A model generated the notes under the pieces. That model was given only the letters and a program-made list of their open reading frames with translations. It was not told where the DNA came from and searched no databases. From NCBI GenBank assembly GCA_964607485.1, contig CAZSKP010000007.1:58117-122116 (forward strand): 64,000 bases of DNA, written 5' to 3'. Made by a program: the position numbers and the translations under genes. Positions 37,691 through 47,164 of the stretch are shown here, piece after piece; within the stretch, counting starts at the first letter, position 1, and every line of letters begins with the position of its first letter. The DNA comes from an uncultured bacterium (lineage in GTDB: Bacteria > Abyssobacteria > SURF-5).

Positions 37691-37742
37691 TTGACAAGAG
37701 TGGGAATTTGTGGTATATTTACGATTGAACAAGTATTCAAAT
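37691..37742 (+). promoter_or_regulatory. sigma70 promoter plus SmtB/CadC-type operator
   Basis: TTGACA (37691-96), 17 nt, TATATT (37714-19); TTGAACAAGTATTCAA (37725-40) matches the smt TGAACA-N2-TATTCA core. Confidence 0.8.
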
Positions 37743-37756
37743 GAGGAGGCGCCCTT

Positions 37757-38131
37757 ATGCCGCCTAAAACGACGTCGAAAAACGCAGTTGCCGTCTGCGA
37801 AATAGAGTTCGTGGACAAGGCGCGAGTCAACGTGGTGCGAAGGCGCATGCCCCCAGCCGGCTCGCTCGAGGCGCTCTCCGACATCTTCAAGGTGCTCGGC
37901 GATCCCACCCGGCTCCGCATAGTTTCCGCGCTCGGCGTGAAGGAGCTGTGCGTGTGCGACATCGCGAATCTTGTGGAAATGAGCGTGTCGGCCGTGTCGC
38001 ACCAGCTCAGGATACTGAGGAACCTGAAACTGGTCAAGCACCGGAAAGAGGGCAAGATGGTCTATTATTCCCTCGACGACAACTGCGTGGAGACATTGCT
38101 GAAGGAAGGGCTGAAGCACATCGAGGAGTGA
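37757..38131 (+). CDS. ArsR/SmtB metalloregulator (CadC/SmtB-like)
   Basis: FKVLGDPTRLRI, ELCVCDIA, SAVSHQLR.LR, RKEGKMVYYSL, HIEE. Confidence 0.95.
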   Translation: MPPKTTSKNAVAVCEIEFVDKARVNVVRRRMPPAGSLEALSDIFKVLGDPTRLRIVSALGVKELCVCDIANLVEMSVSAVSHQLRILRNLKLVKHRKEGKMVYYSLDDNCVETLLKEGLKHIEE

Positions 38132-38152
38132 TGTATTACCCGGAGCAGGAAA

Positions 38153-40504
38153 ATGACTGAACACCACCCCACCGCCGAAATTGAGATTAACGTGAGCGGG
38201 ATGGATTGCCCCTCATGCGCCGAGAAGATTGAGAAAGTCGTCTCGCGCATGGAAGGCGTCGAGAGCGCGGCCGTCAACTTCACCGGAGGCAGGTTGACGG
38301 TCCGTTTCGCTGAGGAGAAAACGAACGTCGGCGAGATCGAGTCGCAGATTCAGCGGCTCGGCTACCACACGGGCAAGGCGCAGGGCCAGGTCTCGGACAA
38401 ATTCTTCGTCGAGGGGATGGACTGCCCCGACGAGTCTTCCCTTATCGAGAAGAAGCTCCGTGAGTTGAATGGCGTCAAGAACGTCACGTTCAACCTGCTC
38501 TCCGCAGAGGTCACCGTTTCGTACGACGCGCGCATGGTTGGCCGCGAGCGGGTGATGAAGGCGATAGCGGAGACCGGCATGAAGGCGACGTTGGCCGGGG
38601 CGGCGGGCGCCGGTGAGGCGAGGGGGCGAGGCCAGTTGATGCTCACGCTGGTGTCCGCTGCGCTCGTCGCCACTGGTTTCGGCCTTTCGTTCTTCGGCTA
38701 TCCCGAAAAAGTCGCGATAGGTTTCTACCTCCTCGCCATGGCGGTCGGCGGTTTCCACATTTTCCGGAAGGCCGTCTTTTCCGCCCGCAACCTTACCCTC
38801 GACATGAACTTCCTCATGACCGTCGCCGTGATAGGAGCGGCGGCGATAGGCGAGTGGCTCGAGGGGGCGACGGTCGTGTTTCTCTTCTCGGGCGCGCAAT
38901 TTCTCGAGATGTACAGCATGGACAGGGCGCGAAACGCGATTCAGTCCCTCATGAGGCTGGCGCCCGACAACGCGCTCGTCCGGCGGGACGGAAAAGATGT
39001 CGAGGTGCCGGTCGGCGAGGTGGAGCTCGACGAGATGTTCATCGTGCGTCCGGGCGACAAGATTCCGCTCGACGGGAAGGTGGTGGCCGGGAAGAGCACG
39101 GTGAACCAGGCGCCCATCACCGGTGAGTCGGCGCCGGTAAAGAAAGGGCGGGGCGACGACGTCTTCGCGGGAACCATCAACGGCGACGGCTCGCTCGAGG
39201 TGCGCGCGACGCATCGGGCCGACGACACGACGCTTGCCCGCATCATCCACATGGTCGAGGAGGCTCAGGCGCAGAGAGCGCCCATGCAGAATCTCGTCGA
39301 TAAGTTCGCGAAGTACTACACGCCCGCCATCATATCGCTGGCCGCGCTGGTGGTGTTCGTGCCGCCGCTGGCGTTTGGCGCACCCTTCGCGCGGTGGCTG
39401 TACAGGGGACTCGTCCTTCTGGTCATCTCGTGCCCATGCGCACTGGTTATCTCGACGCCCGTCTCGATTGTTTCCGGGTTGGCCAGCGCCGCCAAGCAGG
39501 GAGTCCTCATAAAGGGGGGCATCTATCTGGAGAAGGCCGGTTCGCTAAACGCCATCGCGTTCGACAAGACGGGCACGCTGACGATCGGGCATCCGTGCGT
39601 GAAGGAGATCGTCGCGCTCGACAACATGCCGCCGGGCGACGTGCTCGGCATCGCCGCGGCGGTCGAGTCGAGGTCCGAACACCATCTGGGGCGTTCGATA
39701 GTCGAGGAAGCGTGCCGGCTGGGCATCCCGGCGCGGCGGGTCGAATCGTTTCAGGCGATTCCCGGCAAGGGAGCCCGCGCCGTCATCGACGGAGAGACAT
39801 ACTACGTGGGCAGCCACAGGCTTTTCGAGGAGATGAAATTCTGCACGCCGGAACTCGACGAGCGCATGGAGGAGATCGAGAAGCGGACCGATACGGTTGT
39901 GCTGGTGGGCAGCGAGGCCGCGCCGCTGGGCGTGATTGTGATGATCGACGCCGTCCGCACAAGCTCCGCTCAGGCGCTCGCACGGCTGAAGGACATCGGC
40001 GTTCGCAAGATGATAATGCTGACGGGCGATAACAAGGGCACGGCCTCGGCCATAGCGGAACAGCTCGGCATCGACTTCCGCGCCGAGCTATTGCCCCAGG
40101 ACAAGGTGAGCACGATGCACGAACTCGTCGGCGAGCACGGTCACGTCGCTATGGTCGGCGACGGCGTCAACGACGCGCCCGCGATGGCGGCGTCCACAAT
40201 CGGCATCGCCATGGGCAGCGCCGGCACCGATACCGCGCTGGAGACGGCCGACGTCGCCCTGATGGCCGACGACCTGCTCAAGCTGCCGTTTGCCATCTGC
40301 CTCAGTCGCAAGACACTGGGCGTCATCAGGCAGAACATCGCGCTGTCGATATTCATCAAGCTGGTGTTCCTCGCGCTCGCCATACCCGGCCTCGCGACGC
40401 TGTGGATGGCGGTCTTCGCCGACATGGGCGCGTCGCTGCTGGTCATATTCAACGGCATGCGCCTCTTCGCCGTCAAAGAATCGCTCCAGTGCCCGGAAAG
40501 ATAA
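38153..40504 (+). CDS. Heavy-metal (Zn/Cd/Pb) P1B-type ATPase
   Basis: Two HMA domains (GMDCPSC, GMDCPDE), TGES, CPC, DKTGTLT, GDGVNDAP, FADMG. Confidence 0.95.
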   Translation: MTEHHPTAEIEINVSGMDCPSCAEKIEKVVSRMEGVESAAVNFTGGRLTVRFAEEKTNVGEIESQIQRLGYHTGKAQGQVSDKFFVEGMDCPDESSLIEKKLRELNGVKNVTFNLLSAEVTVSYDARMVGRERVMKAIAETGMKATLAGAAGAGEARGRGQLMLTLVSAALVATGFGLSFFGYPEKVAIGFYLLAMAVGGFHIFRKAVFSARNLTLDMNFLMTVAVIGAAAIGEWLEGATVVFLFSGAQFLEMYSMDRARNAIQSLMRLAPDNALVRRDGKDVEVPVGEVELDEMFIVRPGDKIPLDGKVVAGKSTVNQAPITGESAPVKKGRGDDVFAGTINGDGSLEVRATHRADDTTLARIIHMVEEAQAQRAPMQNLVDKFAKYYTPAIISLAALVVFVPPLAFGAPFARWLYRGLVLLVISCPCALVISTPVSIVSGLASAAKQGVLIKGGIYLEKAGSLNAIAFDKTGTLTIGHPCVKEIVALDNMPPGDVLGIAAAVESRSEHHLGRSIVEEACRLGIPARRVESFQAIPGKGARAVIDGETYYVGSHRLFEEMKFCTPELDERMEEIEKRTDTVVLVGSEAAPLGVIVMIDAVRTSSAQALARLKDIGVRKMIMLTGDNKGTASAIAEQLGIDFRAELLPQDKVSTMHELVGEHGHVAMVGDGVNDAPAMAASTIGIAMGSAGTDTALETADVALMADDLLKLPFAICLSRKTLGVIRQNIALSIFIKLVFLALAIPGLATLWMAVFADMGASLLVIFNGMRLFAVKESLQCPER

Positions 40505-40628
40505 AGACCTTCTTTTTCTCTCTTTGCGGAAAGAGAGAAAAAGAAGCAAAAAGAGAGAAACGATAGCGGTCATGTGAATCCCCTCCGGGCCTTCACACAA
40601 CCGCTCTTTTCTACCCATTCCCTGACCC

Positions 40629-40652
40629 GTAGGGGCGGTTCGCGAACCGCCC
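40629..40652. repeat. GTAG-type REP-like palindrome (partial)
   Basis: GTAGGGGCGGTTCGCGAACCGCCC, identical to 1050-1073. Confidence 0.8.
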
Positions 40653-40805
40653 GCGCATGACCCTCTGCACCGCAAAGCCGCAAAGAACGCAAAGGAATCT
40701 TTCAACAACTAAGGCACACCAACAAATTCCCTCTGCCATTCTGCGTATTCACCATATTCAAGATCAAAGATTCGACCCCATCGGTTCATGTGCGTATCTG
40801 TTGGC

Positions 40806-40871
40806 AGCTAACACCTGAACTCACCAGCCGGAAAACGTAGCTTTACGGTCTGGTAGAGTGAATTGTTATGA
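40806..40871 (-). other. attC-like integron cassette recombination site
   Basis: Minus strand TCATAAC...ACTC(T)ACCAG(A)CCG - loop - CGGCTGGTGAGT...GTTAGCT: AAC/GTT ends, two extrahelical bases, upstream gene's TAA inside the AAC box. Confidence 0.7.
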
Positions 40872-41852
40872 GCCTAATCTGAATTCATTCCAGTCAAAAT
40901 AAGGTTGAAAATAATTTATTAAAGAATCTACCCATTTTTCATATTTCTTTTGTTCAGAAAAATTATCCGTATCTTTAAAATAGGCTCTGAAACTTATTTG
41001 ATAATTTACTGTGAAATACTTATAGAATTCTTCTTCCGAAAATTTTTTGTTGGGATCTAGCATTTCAAGGGGTAACCCCGGTCCGCTTGAAAGACCTGTA
41101 AGTTGGAAGGTTACGTTACAGTAGTCGTTATCCATAACTATTTTTATCCCATCTTGGGAGTCACTGAAGGATATGGTTGTTTGGGGGGGAAGTATTATTG
41201 ATAGGTCTTCTATAGGGAATTTAGTGTGCAAAGCAGAAATAAATTTCCCATCTTTAAATAGTTCAGGGTTTGAAAAGAAAATATTATCTCTTATTGTGTT
41301 TTCCGAAAGGGCAGCAAAAGTTATGATATTAGAGTTGTCTACATTCTTGTCGGCTAGCGGTTCATGCCATTGAGACATATCTATAACAGGCTTATCGTGT
41401 AATAATAACCACCCTTGATGAAAGTTGCTATTCACCCACTTTAGAAATAAGTAAAAGAACGCATCGCGACCATAGCGTCGTCTTTCAGTTGAGCCCATCT
41501 TTGTTCTTGTGAATATGGTTGATGCGTCATTAGTAATTATAGGATATTTACCTTTTCCAATGGGGAGGTTTATTACTCCGTTTCCAATTTTTCCTGCGAT
41601 GAGTTTTACTGGGAATTCTTTTTCGACTGGTTTCGGCTGGAGGATAGCCCTCATTTGCTCAATGATTGCCTCTCGTTGTCTGACTTCTTCTTGAGAACCT
41701 TTATAAGCAAGGAATTGCAGCGCAATGCCAACAGCTGCAACGAACAGAGCGATTACCAAAGCTAGACCTTCGTTGAGCTTCTTTAGATAAGAGAGTACAT
41801 TAGGCACTAAAAGCAGGATTATGATTAATGACGATAGGAAAAAGATAAGCAT
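40866..41852 (-). CDS. AT-rich hypothetical membrane-anchored protein (putative gene cassette)
   Basis: 328 aa ORF, two N-terminal hydrophobic helices, strongly AT-rich, GAGG RBS. Confidence 0.7.
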   Translation of the reverse strand: MLIFFLSSLIIILLLVPNVLSYLKKLNEGLALVIALFVAAVGIALQFLAYKGSQEEVRQREAIIEQMRAILQPKPVEKEFPVKLIAGKIGNGVINLPIGKGKYPIITNDASTIFTRTKMGSTERRRYGRDAFFYLFLKWVNSNFHQGWLLLHDKPVIDMSQWHEPLADKNVDNSNIITFAALSENTIRDNIFFSNPELFKDGKFISALHTKFPIEDLSIILPPQTTISFSDSQDGIKIVMDNDYCNVTFQLTGLSSGPGLPLEMLDPNKKFSEEEFYKYFTVNYQISFRAYFKDTDNFSEQKKYEKWVDSLINYFQPYFDWNEFRLGS

Positions 41853-42039
41853 CTTTACTCGTACCTCTAGAAAAGAACGAAGTATAATGTCTGGAATGTG
41901 AATACCCTTTAAGATAATGGAGTCAAATCTTTATTCTTGAATATGATCTTTTGTAAGCACTATGATGAAAACAGCACACACTAATCTTGACAGCTATAAA
42001 ATACTACTTTCAGTTAATTGAAGTCAAGCGGAATGTGAA

Positions 42040-42244
42040 GGAGGCTGGAGGCTGGAGTCTTGAGTCAAAGGTCGAAAGGCGGAGGCAGAAAGTCGAAAAA
42101 ACGAACAGATTTCTCTGCGCTCTTTGTGCCTTTGCGGTGAAAAAATGCCCGTGATTCCCCGTGATCCCCGTGATGTATGAGGCTTTGCAGGGAGAAAGGG
42201 GCAAAAAGGAAATCTCTCTGTGAACTCTGAGTGCTCTGTGGCTG
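42040..42244. repeat. Cluster of degenerate 7- and 9-mer tandem repeats
   Basis: GAGGCTG/GAGTCTT-type heptamers; CTCTGCGCT-CTTTGTGC-CTTTGCGGT; CCCGTGAT x3; CTCTGTGAA-CTCTGAGTG-CTCTGTGG. Confidence 0.65.
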
Positions 42245-42348
42245 GCGTGTTTTGGCCGGTGTTCCTTGAATTTGGGCCGCTGTTTTGTTAAAATTATAGA
42301 GGATTTCTTGTTCAATGCCCTCGTTTGTGGGGGGGCGAAGGAGCTAGT

Positions 42349-45342
42349 GTGCTGGGAGTGATAAACAAAGTCTTCGGAACGAAGCACGAGAGGGACATCA
42401 AGAAGCTGCGCCCGCTCGTGGACGCGATAAAGTCGCATGAGGCCCCGATGGCCGACCTCTCCGACAGGGAGCTGCGGGCGAAGACGGCCGAGTTCAGGCG
42501 CAGGCTGGCCGGGGGCGAGACTCTCGACGACATCCTGCCGGAGGCGTTTGCGGCCGTGAAGGAGACGTGCCGGCGGTTGTATGGCAAGGGGTGGTTTGTG
42601 CGCGGCCACGAGGTCGCGTGGGACATGGTGCACTTCGACTGCCAGCTCATCGGCGGAATTGTTCTGCATGAGGGCAAGATTGCCGAGATGGCGACCGGCG
42701 AGGGCAAAACGCTCGTCGCGACGCTGCCCATCTATCTCAACGCGCTCGCCGGAAAGGGAGTGCATCTGATAACGGTGAACGATTACCTTGCCAGCCGCGA
42801 CAGCGAGTGGATGGGCCCCATCTACGAGTTCCTCGGGCTGGCCACCGGATGCGTCCAGCAGCGAATGGATTCCGAAGAACGGCAGACGCACTACCATGCC
42901 GATGTCACATTCGGCACGAACAGCGAGTTCGGGTTCGACTACCTGCGCGACAACATGTGCGTCATGAAAGAGCACCAGGTGCAGCGGGGCCATCATTACG
43001 CCATCGTTGACGAGGTGGACAGCGTGCTCATCGACGAGGCGCGCACTCCGCTCATCATTTCCGGCCCAGTCGAGCAGTCGAACGAGCAGTACGAAGAGCT
43101 TGCTCCGGCCGTTGACAGGTTGTACAAGCAGCAGCAGCGCATAGAGAAGAAGCTGCTTGACGAGGCCGAAAAGCTCATCGAACAGGGCGAGACGTACGAG
43201 GCCGGCAAGAAGCTGCTGATGGTGAAGAGCGGAGCGCCGAAGAGCAAGCGTTTCCTCTCGCTGATGGAGAATGCCAAGTTCCAGAAGCTGGTCCATCGCG
43301 TCGAGCTCGACATGATGGGCGACCAGCTCATGGGCGGAACCGAGGAATCGGCCCTGATGAAGCTCATGGCCGACCTGTATTTCACCATCGACGAGAAGTC
43401 CAACGTGGCCGACCTCACCGAAAAGGGGAGGCGCACCATCTCGTCGGGCAAGCTCGACATGTTCATCGTCCCGGAGATCGAGGACGAAGAAAAGGAGATA
43501 GACGACGAGCTGGACAGGCTGGCGAAGGACAATTCGCTGGATTACGAAAGCAGGGCGGTCCGCGAGATGGAGCTGGAGGCGAGGCGCTGGCAGCTCTACG
43601 ACCGGTCCAATACGGTGAATCAGCGGATACACGCCGTCTCGCAGTTGTTGAAGGCCTATTCGCTCTTCGAGCGTGACGTGGACTACATCGTGGCCGACAA
43701 CAAGGTCGTCATCGTGGACGAGTTCACCGGCCGGTTGATGCCCAGCCGCCGGTTCAGCGACGGCCTGCATCAGGCGCTCGAGGCGAAAGAGCGGGTGAAG
43801 GTCGGCGAGGCCAACCAGACGCTGGCGACCGTCACGCTGCAAAATTACTATAAGAAGTATGAAAAGCTCGCGGGCATGACCGGCACAGCCGACACCGAGG
43901 CGCAGGAATTCCATGACATATACAAGCTCGACGTGGTCGTCATACCCACGAACAGGCATCTCATACGGTACAACTATACCGACGTCATATACAAGAGCGA
44001 GCGCGAAAAATTCAAGGCGGTAATCGGCGAGATAAAAGAGATGCACAAGCTCGGCAGGCCCGTGCTTGTGGGGACGATATCGGTCGAGAAATCCGAGGCG
44101 CTCGGCAAGATGCTCCGCGAGCAGCGGATACCCCACTACATTCTCAACGCGAAATATCACGAGAAAGAGGCCGAGATAGTGGCCAGGGCGGGCCAGGCGG
44201 GCGCCGTCACGATAGCGACCAATATGGCGGGCCGCGGAACGGACATCAAGCTGGGCGAGGGCGTGCCCGACGTGGGCGGCCTGCACATAGTCGGGACCGA
44301 GCGGCACGAAAGCAGACGCATCGACAATCAGCTTCGCGGCCGCGCCGGAAGGCAGGGCGACCCGGGCTCCTCGCGGTTCTACATTTCTCTCGAAGACGAC
44401 CTGATGCGCCTGTTCGGCTCCGACCGGATAATGAAGATAATGGACCGGCTCGGCATCGAGGAAGACCAGCCGATAGAACATTCTCTGGTCACGAAATCCA
44501 TCGAAACGGCGCAAAAACGCGTCGAGGCGCACAACCTGGAGATTCGTAAACATCTCCTGAAGTACGACGACGTGATGAACAAACAGCGTGAGATTATCTA
44601 TGCCGAGCGGCAGAAGGCCTTCGACGAGCCCGACATCAAGCAGCACGCGCTCGAAATGATAGACGACGTGATGGACGAGGCGATGGACGAGTTTGTGCCC
44701 AAGGACACCCTGCCCGACGAGTGGAACCTGCGCGGGCTGACCGACTGGATGCGCAGACACTTCGGCCTGCATGTCCGGTTCGACGGCGTCGACCTCGAGA
44801 CGGTCGAGGCCGGGGAAATTTTCGAGACCCTTCAGCAGGTCGTCCGGTCCGCCTACGAGGAAAGGGAAAGGCGGCTCGGCTTCGAGACGATGCGCGAGAT
44901 CGAGCGCGTGGCCATTCTGAGGGCCGTCGATTCGAGATGGAAGGACCATCTCTATGCCATGGACCTGCTGAAAGAGGGGATAGGCCTCAGAGGATACGGC
45001 GGCAAGGATCCCCTCGTTGAATACAAACACGAGGCGTTCAACCTGTTTAGCGAAATGATTGCAGATGTCAAGCTGGGAGCCGCCGAGTTTCTGTTCAGGG
45101 TGCAGGTGGCTGAGCCGGAAAAGTTGGAGGAGCCGGCGCCCGCTCCCAGCCAGACGGTTCTCACCTCACACGACCTCTCCACAAGTTCATTCGGCAGCGA
45201 GGCGCCCCAGCAGGCGGCCGCGGCTTCCGACGCGCCGCGTCAAGCGGCGAAGGTTCCCGTTCGTGTGGGCCAGAAGATTGGCCGCAACGAGCCGTGTCCG
45301 TGCGGCAGCGGCAAGAAATACAAGAAATGCTGCGGCGCCTGA
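42349..45342 (+). CDS. secA: Preprotein translocase ATPase SecA
   Basis: [53 protein letters not shown]-terminal [18 protein letters not shown]. Confidence 0.98.
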   Translation: MLGVINKVFGTKHERDIKKLRPLVDAIKSHEAPMADLSDRELRAKTAEFRRRLAGGETLDDILPEAFAAVKETCRRLYGKGWFVRGHEVAWDMVHFDCQLIGGIVLHEGKIAEMATGEGKTLVATLPIYLNALAGKGVHLITVNDYLASRDSEWMGPIYEFLGLATGCVQQRMDSEERQTHYHADVTFGTNSEFGFDYLRDNMCVMKEHQVQRGHHYAIVDEVDSVLIDEARTPLIISGPVEQSNEQYEELAPAVDRLYKQQQRIEKKLLDEAEKLIEQGETYEAGKKLLMVKSGAPKSKRFLSLMENAKFQKLVHRVELDMMGDQLMGGTEESALMKLMADLYFTIDEKSNVADLTEKGRRTISSGKLDMFIVPEIEDEEKEIDDELDRLAKDNSLDYESRAVREMELEARRWQLYDRSNTVNQRIHAVSQLLKAYSLFERDVDYIVADNKVVIVDEFTGRLMPSRRFSDGLHQALEAKERVKVGEANQTLATVTLQNYYKKYEKLAGMTGTADTEAQEFHDIYKLDVVVIPTNRHLIRYNYTDVIYKSEREKFKAVIGEIKEMHKLGRPVLVGTISVEKSEALGKMLREQRIPHYILNAKYHEKEAEIVARAGQAGAVTIATNMAGRGTDIKLGEGVPDVGGLHIVGTERHESRRIDNQLRGRAGRQGDPGSSRFYISLEDDLMRLFGSDRIMKIMDRLGIEEDQPIEHSLVTKSIETAQKRVEAHNLEIRKHLLKYDDVMNKQREIIYAERQKAFDEPDIKQHALEMIDDVMDEAMDEFVPKDTLPDEWNLRGLTDWMRRHFGLHVRFDGVDLETVEAGEIFETLQQVVRSAYEERERRLGFETMREIERVAILRAVDSRWKDHLYAMDLLKEGIGLRGYGGKDPLVEYKHEAFNLFSEMIADVKLGAAEFLFRVQVAEPEKLEEPAPAPSQTVLTSHDLSTSSFGSEAPQQAAAASDAPRQAAKVPVRVGQKIGRNEPCPCGSGKKYKKCCGA

Positions 45343-45475
45343 TGTACGACTCGCGACTAATTGCAAACCGTCCGCCCCGCCCGAATTATCACCGATTGCG
45401 CTCCGGGCATCGCATGAAAGTTGTGTGCACAGGTATCGAAGGTATGTCGGCGAGGCAACGAATTGTCTTTCTGCA

Positions 45476-45573
45476 TGTCATCCTGAACGAGGGGCCGCAG
45501 GCCCAAGTGAAGGGTCTCGGTTTCAATTGAAACATTGCGCGGCAAGAGATTCTTCGCTGCGCTCAGAATGACA
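45476..45573. repeat. GTCA-type inverted-repeat element
   Basis: TGTCATCCTGAAC...GAGATTCTTCGCTGCGCTCAGAATGACA. Confidence 0.78.
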
Positions 45574-45616
45574 ACCACTGTCGCAATCTTTGCCTGATGT
45601 TTATGCCAGGTTGCTT

Positions 45617-47164
45617 ATGAAACGCAAATCCAAAAGAAAGAAGATACTGCTGGTTGCGGCCATCACCGTCTTCTGGCTGGTTATGAATGCGCAGCTCGTG
45701 CGCAGAGAGGTGTTCCTGCCGCGCCTGCCATCCGGCTCTACGAGCATTGCGGCCTCCCTCACGCCCGACATCTCTTATAAGGAACAGTGGATGGGCATCT
45801 ACTATGAGGGCCAAAAGGTCGGCTATTCCAGCACCACCGTCAACCGTGTGCATGGCTCGGATGCGCCGGGCTACATCATCCTGAACCGTACGTTCATGGT
45901 GGTGAAACTGATGGATAATCCCCTGAGAGTTCAGTTCGAAGGGCTGCTGCGAACCGGCGTCGATTTCAAGATGAAGGACTTCAGTTGTTGGCTGAGGTCG
46001 GCGGGCCATCAGATTCGGATCGACGGCCGGCTCGAGGGTGACACTCTCTCGCTCAGCGTGCTTTCGGGGAGCAGGGTCTTTCGGAAGAAAGCCAAGGTGA
46101 GCGAGGATGTGAACCTGTCGAACAGCCTCACGCCGCTGCTGTACCTGCCCGACCTGAAGACCGGCGTAACATATTCGGTGGACATCCTGGACCCGCTGTC
46201 GCTCGCCACGAACAAAGCGAAGATAACCGTCACCGGCATGGAGCCATATGAATACGAGGGGAAACAGATCGACGCTTTCATAGTCGAGACCGAGTACCAG
46301 GGGGTTTCTTTCACGGCATGGGTGAGCGAGGGCGGCGAGGTGCTCAAAGAGACCACGCCGCTCGGCTGGACGCTGTTGAGGGAGGACCGCGACGTGGCGT
46401 CGGATTTCCGCGCGGATGCCGTGAGCTTCAGGCAGGACATTGCCAAGCTTCTCGCCGTGCCGTCGGATCTTCACATTGCGGAGCCCGCGCAGACGCGGGA
46501 GATGAAGGCCCGCGTGAGCGGCATAGACCTGAAGCAGTTCAGGCTTGACGGAGCCGGACAGCGGCTGGTCGATGCCGACACGGGGCTCGTCGAAATAGCA
46601 ATGAAGAGGCCCGACCCGGCAACAAGCCTGCCGATTCCGATAAGGGATGATTCGGTCTCCGAATTTCTCAAGCCGACCCTTTTCATACAATCCGACGACG
46701 CCGCGATTCGGAAGCTGGCCGGGGACATCGCGGGCGGCGAGACCAACAGCCTCATCGTCGCCGAGAGGATTAACGACTGGGTGTTCAACAACATACGCAA
46801 GAAGATGACGTTCTCCCTCCCGTCCGCGGTCGAGGTGCTCGAGACGCGCGAGGGCGATTGCAACGAGCACACGACGTTGTTCGTCGCGCTCGCCAGGTCG
46901 GTCGGCATTCCCGCCAAGATCGCCATCGGGCTGGTGTACTATAAGGGGAGTTTCTACTACCATGCGTGGCCGGAGGTGTACGTCGGGGAATGGGTGGCGA
47001 TGGACCCGACGCTTGGCGAGCCGCTGGCCGACGCCACTCACATCAAGCTTCTGGAGGGCGAGCTCGACCAGCAGGCCAAGCTCATGCACGCGATAGGCAA
47101 GATAGGGCTCAGCATAAAGTCCTTCTCGTACGCGGCGCCGGCGCCCGAGGAAGCGTCGTCATGA
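45617..47164 (+). CDS. Membrane-anchored transglutaminase-like protein
   Basis: N-terminal basic + hydrophobic anchor; triad GDCNEH / YHAWPEVY / MDPT. Confidence 0.88.
   Translation: MKRKSKRKKILLVAAITVFWLVMNAQLVRREVFLPRLPSGSTSIAASLTPDISYKEQWMGIYYEGQKVGYSSTTVNRVHGSDAPGYIILNRTFMVVKLMDNPLRVQFEGLLRTGVDFKMKDFSCWLRSAGHQIRIDGRLEGDTLSLSVLSGSRVFRKKAKVSEDVNLSNSLTPLLYLPDLKTGVTYSVDILDPLSLATNKAKITVTGMEPYEYEGKQIDAFIVETEYQGVSFTAWVSEGGEVLKETTPLGWTLLREDRDVASDFRADAVSFRQDIAKLLAVPSDLHIAEPAQTREMKARVSGIDLKQFRLDGAGQRLVDADTGLVEIAMKRPDPATSLPIPIRDDSVSEFLKPTLFIQSDDAAIRKLAGDIAGGETNSLIVAERINDWVFNNIRKKMTFSLPSAVEVLETREGDCNEHTTLFVALARSVGIPAKIAIGLVYYKGSFYYHAWPEVYVGEWVAMDPTLGEPLADATHIKLLEGELDQQAKLMHAIGKIGLSIKSFSYAAPAPEEASS

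Noticed and set aside
38408-38432. Second HMA motif GMDCPDE as a sign of pseudogenisation
   Set aside because: CxxE variants occur in Zn/Cd P1B-ATPases and the rest of the gene is intact.
43100-43650. Long insertion in the SecA preprotein-binding region as a novelty or intein
   Set aside because: No intein termini; similar extended SecA forms are known in several phyla.
42010-45030. 1006-aa minus-strand ORF
   Set aside because: Antisense shadow of secA; expected in GC-rich DNA, no recognisable motifs.
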